DNA from: Chloroflexota bacterium
Lineage (GTDB): Bacteria > Chloroflexota > Anaerolineae > UBA1429
DNA length: 64,000 bases
NCBI GenBank assembly: GCA_036803245.1
Contig: DAIRUQ010000002.1
Coordinates: 10,723 to 74,722 of the forward strand
Direction of reading: 5' to 3'
Below the pieces are notes generated by a model. It saw nothing but the letters and a program-made list of their open reading frames with translations, ran no database searches and was not told the origin of the DNA. Both the position numbers and the translations under genes were made by a program. Positions 1 to 11,766 of this stretch are shown in pieces (positions within the stretch are counted from its first letter, which is position 1; each line of letters starts with the position of its first letter).

Positions 1-312
1 GAGCTGGCCGATCGGCAGCGACTCTACGCCCAGCCGAGTCATCCTTACACCCAGGCGCTGCTCTCGGCCATACCGATCGCTGACCCAGCCCTTGAGAGGG
101 CCCGTCGGCGCATCATCCTTCAGGGTGACGTGCCTAGCCCTTCCAGTCCGCCCTCAGGCTGTCGGTTCGTCACCCGCTGTCCGTTGGCCATGCCCCTGTG
201 CGCCGAGCAGGAGCCAGAGTGGCGCGAGATCGAACGAGGCCATTGGGTCGCCTGCCACCTCTCGTCGCCGCCAGATGATGCGGCTAAAGGCCACGAGGCA
301 GCCCAACGGTGA
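1..312 (+). CDS. Oligopeptide/dipeptide ABC transporter ATP-binding protein, C-terminal fragment; the 5' end lies outside the window
   Basis: Frame 1 reads [25 protein letters not shown]...[20 protein letters not shown], the conserved OppD/F C-terminal domain with its Cys-rich motif. TGA stop at 310-312. The listed ORF 130..312 is the tail of this frame. Confidence 0.8.
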   Translation, partial: ELADRQRLYAQPSHPYTQALLSAIPIADPALERARRRIILQGDVPSPSSPPSGCRFVTRCPLAMPLCAEQEPEWREIERGHWVACHLSSPPDDAAKGHEAAQR

Positions 313-322
313 CGGAAGAGAG

Positions 323-688
323 CTAGCTCGCCGCGCGTCCCTTGGCGCGCCAGCGAAAGATCAGCCAGGTGATGGTTGCTGCGATCGCGAGCACGGTGGC
401 ACCCAGGCCGAGCAGGATACCCTCGCGGTATGGGGGAGGGTCACTGATGCTGATGCCCTCGCGCCGCACCAGCTCGGCGCGATCCAGGCTCGAACGCAGA
501 CTCTGACGAAAGTCTGCCGTGGGCGCCACGGGCCGCAACACGTCCTTGACGACGCCCTCGACTTCGTTGAGATTCTCCTGTGGCTCTGCTTCTGGAGACA
601 GGCGCACGCGCAACCCCGAGGCGCCATCACGCATCCGCGCCCAGACGTCGCCGACAGCCTGTCGCAGGTCGGTTCGGTGTAGCTTCAT
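323..688 (-). CDS. Putative anti-sigma factor; small protein with a single C-terminal transmembrane helix
   Basis: 121 aa. Its start codon overlaps the stop of the upstream ECF sigma gene (ATGA at 685-688). C-terminal hydrophobic helix ILLGLGATVLAIAATITWLIF. Position is typical of ECF sigma/anti-sigma translational coupling. Confidence 0.5.
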   Translation of the reverse strand: MKLHRTDLRQAVGDVWARMRDGASGLRVRLSPEAEPQENLNEVEGVVKDVLRPVAPTADFRQSLRSSLDRAELVRREGISISDPPPYREGILLGLGATVLAIAATITWLIFRWRAKGRAAS

Positions 689-1242
689 TCGATCTCTATC
701 CCTCGCTTACTCAGCTCGCGGCGCAAAGCGAGCAGCGTGCGATGATACAGCGACTTGATCGCCCCCTCGCTACGGCCCAGCACGGCTCCGATCTCGGCAT
801 TCGATAGCCCCTCCACATGCTTGAGCATCAGCAGTTCCTGGCGATCCTTATCGAGCGTTTGCACGGCCTCCCGCAGCTCCAGGTTCACATCCGAGCGCAC
901 GGTGACGGCCTCGGGGTTCTCGTCGCCCCTACTCTGAAGCACCAGGTTGTCCAGCGCCACAACGGGACGACGGCCTCGGTCGCGGTGATGGTTGGCCACC
1001 AGATTGTGCGCAATGCGATACAGCCAGGCCGAGATCGGCAACCCGCGATCCTCATACTCGCCAAAGTGGGCATACGCCCGGAAAAAGGTGCGCGAGGTCA
1101 GATCCTCGGCGTCACGTACATTGCCTACGCGGTGGTAGACATAGCTGTAGATACGATCCACATACTGCTCATACAGATCCCCAAAAGCCTGGGTCTGCTG
1201 TGCCGTATGCTGTGGATCCTCAGGCCGCCGATCGTTGGTCAT
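685..1242 (-). CDS. RNA polymerase sigma factor, ECF (sigma-70 family) subfamily
   Basis: 185 aa. Region 2 (YVDRIYSYVYHRVGNVRDAEDLTSRTFFRAY) and region 4 (LLMLKHVEGLSNAEIGAVLGRSEGAIKSLYHRTL) are characteristic of ECF sigma factors. Confidence 0.85.
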   Translation of the reverse strand: MTNDRRPEDPQHTAQQTQAFGDLYEQYVDRIYSYVYHRVGNVRDAEDLTSRTFFRAYAHFGEYEDRGLPISAWLYRIAHNLVANHHRDRGRRPVVALDNLVLQSRGDENPEAVTVRSDVNLELREAVQTLDKDRQELLMLKHVEGLSNAEIGAVLGRSEGAIKSLYHRTLLALRRELSKRGIEIE

Positions 1243-1435
1243 CCTATCCCCATGGCAATGCTACAAACACCGAGGCATCGTGAGCGTTGCACCCATCCTT
1301 CCCACGAGTCTAGCGCAGCCAACGCCGCTGTCAAAGCAGGCTCGCCTCGACCAGGGCCCACGTTGACCCACACCCAGCGCTATGGTACCATCGCCCTGTT
1401 GAGTGGACCATCAGTCAGGTAGGAGAATCGACACG

Positions 1436-2419
1436 ATGGCAGTACGCCGCAACGATCCCTGCCCATGCGGCAGCGGCAAAAAGTACAAGCAGTGCCATCT
1501 CAGGCAGGACCAGGTTGCCAGCTCGCGGGAACACGCGCTCACACCCGCTGAAGCGGCGGCCATGAACGCCCTCTTTGGCTTTGCCACCAGGCCGCGCTTT
1601 GCGCAGCAGCTGATTCAGGCCTTTCAACGTTACTGGGGCGGCAGCTACACGCCGACGAGCGCCTCAACTCTCGGTATGGAGCCATTCCGCCGTATGCTGG
1701 AATGGTTCGCCCTAGACTATGTGGTCGACGATGACGGGCATCGGGTGATCGACCTTCTCTTGGAGGAGGCTACCTCGGCGCCGCCGGCCGCGCGCGAGGT
1801 CCTGCAAGGATGGGCCAGCGCCACCTTGAGCGCCTTTCGGGTCCTCGACATGGAGGGACAGGACCAGGTTCGCCTGCTCGATCTACTGCGCGAGCAAGAG
1901 CTGCGAGCCGTCAACCGCTTCGTTGTCCTCAACGCCCACGAGGGCGACCTCTTGCTGGGTCGCTATGTGGAGTCCGATGGCGACGCGGCCCTCTCACCGA
2001 TGACCGCCATCTACCCGACAGCGCTTGAGGAGCCCTTGCTCTCCTATGTGCGGCGCGCCTATGCCCTCTACCAGGAGGAGCATTATGGCGCCACATGGGA
2101 TGCCTTTCTCAAGACCAACGGCACGATCTTTCAGGCGTTCTTGATCTCGGACAAGGCTGAGCCCTTCCGTCGGTTGCTCGGGCCTGGAACGCCCTACCTC
2201 GACCCGGCGCCCGTCCGCGATCTGCTCCGAGAACGCAGCCGCCAGGAGGCCCAGGAGCAGCGCGAACGCACGCCCGACCCCAGACGGCGCCCGCCCCCCG
2301 GTCAGCGGAGGGCCTCGGGGATCATCGTCCCCGGCGCCACCACACCGCAAACCGAGCCGGGCCCCAAAGGCGATGATGAGGAGCAGCCGCACATTCTGAT
2401 CCCAGGCCGCGACATCTAG
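1436..2419 (+). CDS. SEC-C metal-binding motif protein with a basic, Pro-rich, disordered C-terminal tail
   Basis: ATG at 1436 with AGGAG 10 nt upstream. N-terminal CPCGSGKKYKQCH SEC-C zinc motif. C-terminus is RERTPDPRRRPPPGQRR... and low complexity. Confidence 0.6.
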   Translation: MAVRRNDPCPCGSGKKYKQCHLRQDQVASSREHALTPAEAAAMNALFGFATRPRFAQQLIQAFQRYWGGSYTPTSASTLGMEPFRRMLEWFALDYVVDDDGHRVIDLLLEEATSAPPAAREVLQGWASATLSAFRVLDMEGQDQVRLLDLLREQELRAVNRFVVLNAHEGDLLLGRYVESDGDAALSPMTAIYPTALEEPLLSYVRRAYALYQEEHYGATWDAFLKTNGTIFQAFLISDKAEPFRRLLGPGTPYLDPAPVRDLLRERSRQEAQEQRERTPDPRRRPPPGQRRASGIIVPGATTPQTEPGPKGDDEEQPHILIPGRDI

Positions 2420-2454
2420 CCCGCCCAATCATCCGCGTAGGAGATCGCTTGCTC

Positions 2455-3174
2455 ATGCCGATACTAGCCCTGCTGCTCGACCTGGACGACACGCTGCTCA
2501 TCAACGACATGTCGGTGTTCATGGAGCCCTACTTTCGGGCGTTGACCCAGCGGATGAGCCCGCTCATCCCCATGGAGACCTTTGTGCCCGCGCTGCTCAA
2601 GGGCACCCATGCCATGCAGGCCAACGATGGCACGGACGGGACCAACGCCGAGGTGTTCGAGCAGGTCTTTTTCGGGCAAGTGGACGCCGACCCAGAAGCG
2701 ATTCTGCCGGCCTTTGAGGCGTTCTACCGCAACGAGTTTCAAACCTTGGCGACGCTCACCGAGCCGGACCCCGTGGCCAGCGACCTGGTCGCCGAGGCTC
2801 GGTCGCAGGGCCTCCAGGTAGCCATCACCACGCAACCGTTGTTCCCTCTGATCGCCATCGAGGCACGGCTGGCCTGGGCGGGGGTGGGCACCGACCGCTA
2901 TGCGTACGACATGGTCACCTCCTACGAGACCATGCGCGCCTGCAAACCCCATCCCGCCTTTTTCTCGCGGGTGCTGGCAGAGCTCGGCCGCGAGCCGCAC
3001 GAGTGCCTCATGGTCGGTGACAGCATCTCCAGCGATATGCCCGCTGCCAAGCTGGGCATCAAGACCTTCTGGATCGACCGAGGCCGCGGCGGCAGCTATG
3101 ACGGCGCCGATGGACGCGGCTCACTGAGCGACCTCTACCACCTGCTCAAGAGCGGAGCCATTCATGAACTCTAG
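2455..3174 (+). CDS. HAD-superfamily hydrolase
   Basis: LLLDLDDTLL is the DxDxT motif I of haloacid dehalogenase-like hydrolases; a C-terminal GDSxSD-type motif (MVGDSISSDM) is present. Overlaps galK by 11 nt. Confidence 0.75.
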   Translation: MPILALLLDLDDTLLINDMSVFMEPYFRALTQRMSPLIPMETFVPALLKGTHAMQANDGTDGTNAEVFEQVFFGQVDADPEAILPAFEAFYRNEFQTLATLTEPDPVASDLVAEARSQGLQVAITTQPLFPLIAIEARLAWAGVGTDRYAYDMVTSYETMRACKPHPAFFSRVLAELGREPHECLMVGDSISSDMPAAKLGIKTFWIDRGRGGSYDGADGRGSLSDLYHLLKSGAIHEL

Positions 3175-4324
3175 CAACCGGCTCGATAACCTTGTCCAGC
3201 GCGTTCGCCACGCTTTGGCGGAGGCGTTCGGCGTCCAGCCCAGCGCATTGGTGGCAGCCCCCGGCCGAGTGAACCTGATCGGCGAGCACACCGACTATAA
3301 CGACGGCTTTGTGCTACCCGCGGCCATCGACCGACACGTGGTGATGGCGGTGCACCCTCGGCAGGACGATCTGGTGCGGCTATACGCCTGCGACATGCAG
3401 GCCTCCAGCAGCTTTCGGCTGGGCGAGATCGTCAAGGATGACCAGCACACGTGGAGCAACTATCAGCGGGGCGTCGCGTGGGCGCTGCAGCAGGAGGGCT
3501 ATGACCTCATCGGCATGGACGTGGCTCTCAGCAGCGACGTGCCTATCGCGGCAGGATTGAGCTCATCGGCTGCCATCGAGTTGGCCACCGCCATGGCCTT
3601 TCAGACGGTCAGCGGTCTGGAGCTCGACGGCGTCGCGCGCGCCCAGCTCTGTCAAAAGGCCGAGAACGAGTTTGTGGGCATGCGTTGCGGCATCATGGAT
3701 CAGTACGTGATCTCCATGGGCCAGCGCGACCACGCCCTCCTGATCGACTGCCGCAGCCTGACCTACCAGGCGGTGCCAATCCCCGTCGGCTGCCAAGTTA
3801 TCATCTGCAACACCAACAAGCCCCGAGCGCTAGTAGGCTCGGCCTACAACCAGCGCCGGCTGGAGTGCGAAACCGGCGCTCGGCAGATGGGCGTCGTCGC
3901 CTTGCGCGACCTGACTCCCGACGATCTGGCTACGCACGCGCCCTCGCTCGATCCTATCGTTCTCAAGCGGTGCCGGCACGTTATCACGGAGAACCAGCGG
4001 GTCCTCGAGACGGTCGACGCCCTGCCGCAAGGGGACCTGGCTCGGGTCGGCGCCTTGATGAACGCCTCGCACGTCAGCCTGCGCGACGACTATGAGGTCA
4101 GTTGTGCCGAGCTGGACGCCATGGTCGAGGCGGCGTGGGATCAGCCCGGCGTGTGGGGAGCGCGCATGACGGGGGCCGGTTTCGGCGGCTGTACGGTGAA
4201 CCTGGTGGACGCCGACCATGCCGCGGCGTTTGCCCGCGAGATTGCGCCCCGTTACCAGAAACGCACCAACCTGGAACCCGACATCTATGTGTGCCGGGCC
4301 GAGCAGGGCGTGCGCGTCCTGTAG
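3164..4324 (+). CDS. galK: Galactokinase
   Basis: 386 aa. PGRVNLIGEHTDYNDGFVLP galactokinase signature plus the GHMP kinase glycine-rich motif (PIAAGLSSSAA). Confidence 0.9.
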   Translation: MNSSNRLDNLVQRVRHALAEAFGVQPSALVAAPGRVNLIGEHTDYNDGFVLPAAIDRHVVMAVHPRQDDLVRLYACDMQASSSFRLGEIVKDDQHTWSNYQRGVAWALQQEGYDLIGMDVALSSDVPIAAGLSSSAAIELATAMAFQTVSGLELDGVARAQLCQKAENEFVGMRCGIMDQYVISMGQRDHALLIDCRSLTYQAVPIPVGCQVIICNTNKPRALVGSAYNQRRLECETGARQMGVVALRDLTPDDLATHAPSLDPIVLKRCRHVITENQRVLETVDALPQGDLARVGALMNASHVSLRDDYEVSCAELDAMVEAAWDQPGVWGARMTGAGFGGCTVNLVDADHAAAFAREIAPRYQKRTNLEPDIYVCRAEQGVRVL

Positions 4325-4372
4325 CCACCCTATCGGCCGACAGCGCCAAGCAACAAACGGGACCAAAGCACC

Positions 4373-5500
4373 ATGCGAGCCTTCTGGGTCGTGCTCTTTT
4401 GGCTGTGCGCAGGCACCATCGCCTACGTCTACCTGGGCTATCCTGCCATCATGGCGCTCTGGGCCAAGCTGCGCCCGCGGCGCTACACCCAGGACGATCA
4501 TCGCCCCTCGCTGACCGTAATCATCGCAGCGCACAATGAGGCCGCCTGCATCACCCAAAAGCTCCAGAACACCCTGTCTTTGGCCTATCCTGCGGACAAG
4601 CTCCGCGTGATCGTCGTCGCCGACGGCTCGGACGACGGCACCGAGCAACTGGCCGAGCGCGGGCGCGATCCACGCGTCCAGGTCCTCTATCAGCCAGAAC
4701 GCCAGGGCAAAGCGGCCGCCCTCTCGCGGGCCGTCGCGGCTGCCTCTAGCGAGCTGCTGATATTCACCGACGCCAACGCCATGCTGGCTCCCGATGCGCT
4801 CAAGTCGTTGGTCCGCCCCTTGGCCGATCCGCACATCGCGGCCGTGGGCGGTGCCAAGCGCACACCGCAAGGCGGCGAGGGCCTCTATTGGCGCTACGAG
4901 AACGCCCTGAAACGCTGGGAAAGCGCCGTGGGCTCGGTGATGGGCGTGCCTGGCGAGCTGTGGGCGGTGCGCGCCAGCCTGTATCAGCCGCCTCCGTCGG
5001 ACACCATCCTCGATGACTGGACGGCCAGCATGGGACTGGTGGCGCAAGGCTGGCGCGTGGTACACGCTCCCGAGGCCATCGCGTACGAGGAGCCGCCCAC
5101 CAATCTGCGGGCGGCGTGGGAGCGCCGCGCTCGCAACGCAGCGGGGGGCTGGCAGGCTATCGTCCGCCTCGGCGGTCCCGCTCGCTATGCCGATCTGCTG
5201 GCGTGGTGGCAGTGCTTTTCGCATCGCATCCTGCGATGGATGGTAGTGCCGTGGCTTTGGTTGCCGTTCTTGGTGGCCAGCATCGCCCTGGCGCGGCATC
5301 CGCTCTACCTGGCGGCCGCTTTGGCCCAATGGATCCTGTACGACGTGGCGGTCATGGGCGCGATCCTGGCCGTCTATGACAAAACGGTGCCGTGGCTAAC
5401 GGCACCGTTCTACCTGCTCTTTGGGAATACCGCCGCCGCTGCGGGCGGATGGCGCTACCTCACAAGAAAGCAGACCGTGCTCTGGCGCAAGGCCCGCTAA
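4373..5500 (+). CDS. Family 2 glycosyltransferase, membrane-embedded, with N- and C-terminal transmembrane segments
   Basis: N-terminal TM helix, then SLTVIIAAHNEA...VIVVADGSDDGT (GT2 DXD region), then C-terminal hydrophobic helices. Confidence 0.8.
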   Translation: MRAFWVVLFWLCAGTIAYVYLGYPAIMALWAKLRPRRYTQDDHRPSLTVIIAAHNEAACITQKLQNTLSLAYPADKLRVIVVADGSDDGTEQLAERGRDPRVQVLYQPERQGKAAALSRAVAAASSELLIFTDANAMLAPDALKSLVRPLADPHIAAVGGAKRTPQGGEGLYWRYENALKRWESAVGSVMGVPGELWAVRASLYQPPPSDTILDDWTASMGLVAQGWRVVHAPEAIAYEEPPTNLRAAWERRARNAAGGWQAIVRLGGPARYADLLAWWQCFSHRILRWMVVPWLWLPFLVASIALARHPLYLAAALAQWILYDVAVMGAILAVYDKTVPWLTAPFYLLFGNTAAAAGGWRYLTRKQTVLWRKAR

Positions 5501-5507
5501 CGCCCGC

Positions 5508-6536
5508 CTACCCGCGCGAGAGCACCTCTCTACCCCCATACAGGCGATCATAGTAGCTGCGATAGTGCTCGCCCGACGTGATGGGACGCCACCACCATTC
5601 GTTATCGGCGTACCAGCGAACCGTCTTGGTAATGGCCTCGTCAAAGCTGTGACGCGACCGCCACCCCAACGCCTGCACCTTGGACACATCCAGCGCATAG
5701 CGACGGTCATGACCAGGTCGATCGGTGACCCACTGGAGCAGGCTCTCGGGCTTGTCCAGCAGCCGCAGGATCGCCCGCGCCATCACAATGTTCTGGGTAG
5801 AGATCCCCGTCCCCAGGTTATAGATCTCGCCGATCTCTCCCTTGATCAGCACGGTGTCGATCCCCTCGCAGTGATCAACCACGTACTGATAGTCGCGCAT
5901 CTGCATGCCGTCGCCATAGATGGGCAGCGGCTTGTCATCGATGGCGTTGGTGACAAACAGCGGCACCACCTTTTCGGGGTACTGGTACGGCCCGATGTTG
6001 TTAGAGCCGCGCGTGATGGTCACGGGCAGGCCAAAGCTGGCGTGGTAGGCCAACACCATCAGGTCGCCACCCGCCTTGCTGGCGGAATACGGGCTGCGCG
6101 CCTCCAGCGGATCAGTCTCCACCGAGGCGCCCTCCAGCACCTGGCCATAGACCTCATCGGTGCTCACCTGGTGGTACCGCTGCACGCCCAACTCCTTGGC
6201 GGCCTCCAGCAGCACCCAGGTGCCGCGCACGTCGGTCTCCACAAAGCTGCCAGCATCGGTCAACGATCGATCCACGTGCGTTTCGGCAGCAAAGTTCACC
6301 ACCGTGTCGATGGCATGCTCACGCATGGTCGCCCGCACCAGGTCCGCGTCGCAGATGTCGCCCCTGACAAAGGCATAGCGGGGATCGTCGGCCACGTCCT
6401 TGAGGTTGTCCAGATTGCCCGCATAGGTCAGCTTGTCATAGACCACTACCCGATCGTCGGGATGGGTGGAGAGCACATACCTCACAAAGTTGGAGCCGAT
6501 AAAACCCGCGCCCCCCGTCACCAGCAGCTTGCGCAT
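5508..6536 (-). CDS. rfbB: dTDP-glucose 4,6-dehydratase
   Basis: 342 aa. MRKLLVTGGAGFIGSNFV Rossmann motif, the YxxxK catalytic motif and overall RmlB-like features. Its start abuts the stop of the upstream radical SAM gene (cat-tca at 6534-6539). Confidence 0.9.
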   Translation of the reverse strand: MRKLLVTGGAGFIGSNFVRYVLSTHPDDRVVVYDKLTYAGNLDNLKDVADDPRYAFVRGDICDADLVRATMREHAIDTVVNFAAETHVDRSLTDAGSFVETDVRGTWVLLEAAKELGVQRYHQVSTDEVYGQVLEGASVETDPLEARSPYSASKAGGDLMVLAYHASFGLPVTITRGSNNIGPYQYPEKVVPLFVTNAIDDKPLPIYGDGMQMRDYQYVVDHCEGIDTVLIKGEIGEIYNLGTGISTQNIVMARAILRLLDKPESLLQWVTDRPGHDRRYALDVSKVQALGWRSRHSFDEAITKTVRWYADNEWWWRPITSGEHYRSYYDRLYGGREVLSRG

Positions 6537-7949
6537 TCAGTGCCCTCCTTTGGCCAGTGCCGTTCGCCGCGTCAGCAGCTCCCAGGCCTTTTCCACAGCT
6601 CGCTTGGGGCGAGCATAGCGACGCCAGAACCGCCCCACCGATCGTCTCGCCTGGTTCCAGGTCGTCCTTCGTTGCGAATCCTCCAACGCCTCGGCCAGCC
6701 ACGCATAGTCGATGCCCTTGATCTTGGCCTCGTCGGGATTGCGGCGATAGCTATCGTGGTCGCGAATCAGCGACAGACCGCGCTCCACGCAATAGTCATA
6801 CAGGTCGCTGCCGGGATGCGGCGTGTAAAAGGCCGGCGAGTAATAATCCGGATCGATGCGCTTGAGCATCGAGACCGTCTCCAGCACCTCGGCCTTGGTC
6901 TCCGTTGGCAGGCCGAGCATATAGTTGGCCCAGATGGCGATGCCATAGCGCTTGCAGATCCGTGCCGCCTCGAGGTTCTGGGCACGGGTGGTGCCCTTGC
7001 GAATGAACCGCAACACCCGATCGCTGCCGCTCTCAAAGCCGATAAAGTAGCCCCGCAGGCCCGTCTCGGCCATCAGCGCCACCATATCCTCGTTCTTGAC
7101 GATGATATCCGCTCGACTCTGACAAAAGAACGGCTGAGTGAACCCCGCGTCCGAGTAGGCTCGGCAGAAGGCCTCGACCCAGTCACGATCCTCGGTGAGG
7201 CAGTCGTCGTGGAACATCAGGCTGTTGAACTGGTAGGCATCGCGCAGCATCTCGAGCTCGGCCATGATGTTGGACACGCTGCGCCGACGCACCTTGCGCC
7301 CAAAGACCCACCGCTCGGCCGGCTGGCAGTAGCTGCAGTTGTAGATGCAGCCGCGCCCAGCGATGACGGTGACAAAGGGGCCGGGTAGCTCCTCAGCAAA
7401 GGGCGCCTCGGGTGAATCGGTGGCAAAGCCCTGCCGCCGCCACTCGTCCAGGAACAGGTCCCTATCCGCAAAAGGAAGCCCGTCCAGGTCAGGATGGCTC
7501 CCCGGCAGCAGGCGCGGCACCGCCTCGCCGCGTTCCAGCGCATCCAGGGCTTGCACAAAGGTCTCCTCAGCCTCCCCCAAGAAGACGTGATCGATCAGGG
7601 GGCTATCGACCATCTCTTGTGGCTGGATACTGACATGGGCGCCGCCGACCATGGTGACGATGCTTGGATCGATCTCGCGAACGATCTCCAGCGCCTGTAT
7701 GGCGGGGTTATAGTCCACGCTCATGATGGTGACGGCCACGACCTGCGGCTGACGCTGGATCAACTCCTCGCGCAGGTGCTGCCAGCCGCGCAGCGCCCGC
7801 AGGTCCAGCAGATCCACCTCGTGGCCCGCCCGCTTGGCGCACGCGCTCAGGATCGCCAGGCCGTGGCTGATCCAGCCCGAATCCATGCCCTGGCCGATGC
7901 TGGCCCAACCCTTGCCGATGATGCCCGGGTAGAGCAACGATACCCTCAT
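6537..7949 (-). CDS. B12-binding-domain radical SAM protein
   Basis: 470 aa. N-terminal cobalamin-binding-like Rossmann region (VVAVTIMSVDY...MVGGAHVS). CIYNCSYC matches the CxxxCxxC 4Fe-4S/SAM motif. AAGGAGCGGGG RBS upstream of the start. Confidence 0.8.
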   Translation of the reverse strand: MRVSLLYPGIIGKGWASIGQGMDSGWISHGLAILSACAKRAGHEVDLLDLRALRGWQHLREELIQRQPQVVAVTIMSVDYNPAIQALEIVREIDPSIVTMVGGAHVSIQPQEMVDSPLIDHVFLGEAEETFVQALDALERGEAVPRLLPGSHPDLDGLPFADRDLFLDEWRRQGFATDSPEAPFAEELPGPFVTVIAGRGCIYNCSYCQPAERWVFGRKVRRRSVSNIMAELEMLRDAYQFNSLMFHDDCLTEDRDWVEAFCRAYSDAGFTQPFFCQSRADIIVKNEDMVALMAETGLRGYFIGFESGSDRVLRFIRKGTTRAQNLEAARICKRYGIAIWANYMLGLPTETKAEVLETVSMLKRIDPDYYSPAFYTPHPGSDLYDYCVERGLSLIRDHDSYRRNPDEAKIKGIDYAWLAEALEDSQRRTTWNQARRSVGRFWRRYARPKRAVEKAWELLTRRTALAKGGH

Positions 7950-8013
7950 CCCCGCTCCTTGTGCTAGTCCTTGCCGCTACGAGAGAGACGGTCGGCCCGC
8001 ACCCTCGGTTCCT

Positions 8014-8670
8014 CTAGAGCTCCTCGATGGCGATGGCCCGCGCCCAGCCACTATCGATGACCGCACAGCGGTAAGGCAACGCCATAAAGTAAAAGACATC
8101 GCGCCGCAGCGCGTCGAGGTTTGCCAGGAACTCGACCAAGGTCCCACCTGCCCCCATGTAGATGCGATGCAACTCTCTCCCAGCCTCGATGTCGACGCCC
8201 AAGCGAAAGGCCTGATCGATGCCCACCATCTTGACGGCGTGGTCCACCAGCCAAGCGGCGGCCTCGGGCGTCCAGGACGGATGCGGCACAGCACCAGAGA
8301 GGCTATGCGGATCCGAGTTGCGGCAGATGAGGATATCATCCGTCTGCATCTTGGCGCCAATCAGACCGTCCAGCAGCTGGGGCGTCATCAGGGGCGCCTC
8401 TGTGGCGTCCACGATATCCAAGAGAACGGCGCGCCCCATGAAGGCCGAGAGGTCATAGGCGGTGACATCGCGCCCACCCTCGAAAAAGTGGGCATCCACC
8501 TCCACGTGGGTTCCCACGTGGGTGTGGGTACGAACGTGATGCATGGTCGCCCGATCGGCCAACAGATCCGGCTCGATCTCAAAGTAGCGATCCTTGCTGG
8601 CGCCGGGCACCACCTCAAAGGAGAGGTCCACCACCCGATAGCGTTCCAGGTCGATCTCAAATGTCGCCAT
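8014..8670 (-). CDS. Cyclase-family protein (arylformamidase/kynurenine formamidase-like)
   Basis: Start chosen at MATFEIDL with GGAGGG RBS. HVGTHVEVDAHF matches the HxGTHxD metal-binding motif of the putative cyclase family. It is the first gene of the minus-strand cyclase/rSAM/rfbB run. Confidence 0.7.
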   Translation of the reverse strand: MATFEIDLERYRVVDLSFEVVPGASKDRYFEIEPDLLADRATMHHVRTHTHVGTHVEVDAHFFEGGRDVTAYDLSAFMGRAVLLDIVDATEAPLMTPQLLDGLIGAKMQTDDILICRNSDPHSLSGAVPHPSWTPEAAAWLVDHAVKMVGIDQAFRLGVDIEAGRELHRIYMGAGGTLVEFLANLDALRRDVFYFMALPYRCAVIDSGWARAIAIEEL

Positions 8671-8833
8671 GCTACCCTCCATCCGGCTGCGTTGAGCGAT
8701 TATACCGCTCGCAAGCCCCAGAATACAACTCTGGCCCCAGAAATGCGCAGCCTCTGGAGGCCTTTTTGCAGCCAATGCCCTTGTGCTCTATTATGCAGCC
8801 GCCCAACCCCAGAATCGCAAGAGGAGCAGCAAC

Positions 8834-9199
8834 GTGTACCGTGTCAACGTCCGCCGCCATTTCGAGTCCGCGCATGCCCTGCGAGGTTACCAGGGCAAGT
8901 GTGAGAACGTGCATGGGCATCGCTATCAGGTGGTCGTGTGCCTCGAGGCGGAGCAGCTCAACGACCTGGGGCTGGCCATCGACTTTTGCGAGGTCAAGAG
9001 CGCCCTGGATGCTATCCTGGAGCGTTACGATCACCACCACCTCAACACGGTGCCTCCCTTTGACCAGATGAATCCCAGCGCCGAGAACATTGCCCGGGTG
9101 ATCTATGATGCCTTGGTAGACGAGCTAGAGGGAGTCTCTCTGCGCGAGGTCGAGGTCTGGGAGTCGCCCGACACCTGGGCCACCTATAGCCCACGCTAA
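8834..9199 (+). CDS. queD: 6-carboxy-5,6,7,8-tetrahydropterin synthase (6-pyruvoyl-tetrahydropterin synthase family)
   Basis: GTG start at 8834. YRVNVRRHFESAHALRGYQGKCENVHGHRY is a QueD/PTPS signature including the CxxxHGH zinc motif. Confidence 0.85.
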   Translation: MYRVNVRRHFESAHALRGYQGKCENVHGHRYQVVVCLEAEQLNDLGLAIDFCEVKSALDAILERYDHHHLNTVPPFDQMNPSAENIARVIYDALVDELEGVSLREVEVWESPDTWATYSPR

Positions 9200-9262
9200 C
9201 AGCGCCTTGCCACCGTCGCCGTACGCGGCGGCAACCACTACCTATGGAGGCAACCACGCCGG

Positions 9263-11698
<2,436 letters not shown>

Positions 11699-11766
11699 GG
11701 CGCGCTACCTTGGAGCGTGTTTGACGTATAGACGTTGACACGGAAACACGACAGGGGGTAGCACAG

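Noticed and set aside
92-682. 196-aa ORF at the window start (plus frame 2)
   Set aside because: It overlaps the clearly homologous ABC-transporter C-terminus in frame 1 (1-312) and the minus-strand anti-sigma gene. It has a GC-artefact composition with no RBS.
3830-5329. 499-aa antisense ORF across galK and GT2
   Set aside because: It is fully antisense to two genes with strong family signatures. Long stop-free antisense frames are expected at this GC content.
5421-7388. 655-aa ORF antisense to rfbB and the radical SAM gene
   Set aside because: The same GC-driven artefact. Protein-level signatures clearly favour the minus-strand genes.
8671-8833. Possible preQ1 riboswitch upstream of queD (repeated CCCCAGAAT motifs)
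   Set aside because: The region lacks the compact hairpin plus A-rich tail of preQ1-I/II/III classes as far as I can judge by eye. It is also a divergent promoter region. Not callable without Infernal.
9200-9262. CIRCE or other heat-shock operator upstream of lon
   Set aside because: No TTAGCACTC-N9-GAGTGCTAA-like inverted repeat is present in the short upstream region.
11699-11766. Repeated TGACGT / GACGTTGACA elements downstream of lon
   Set aside because: The short imperfect repeats are most simply a TTGACA-type -35 region for the following membrane-protein gene. No clear palindrome is present.
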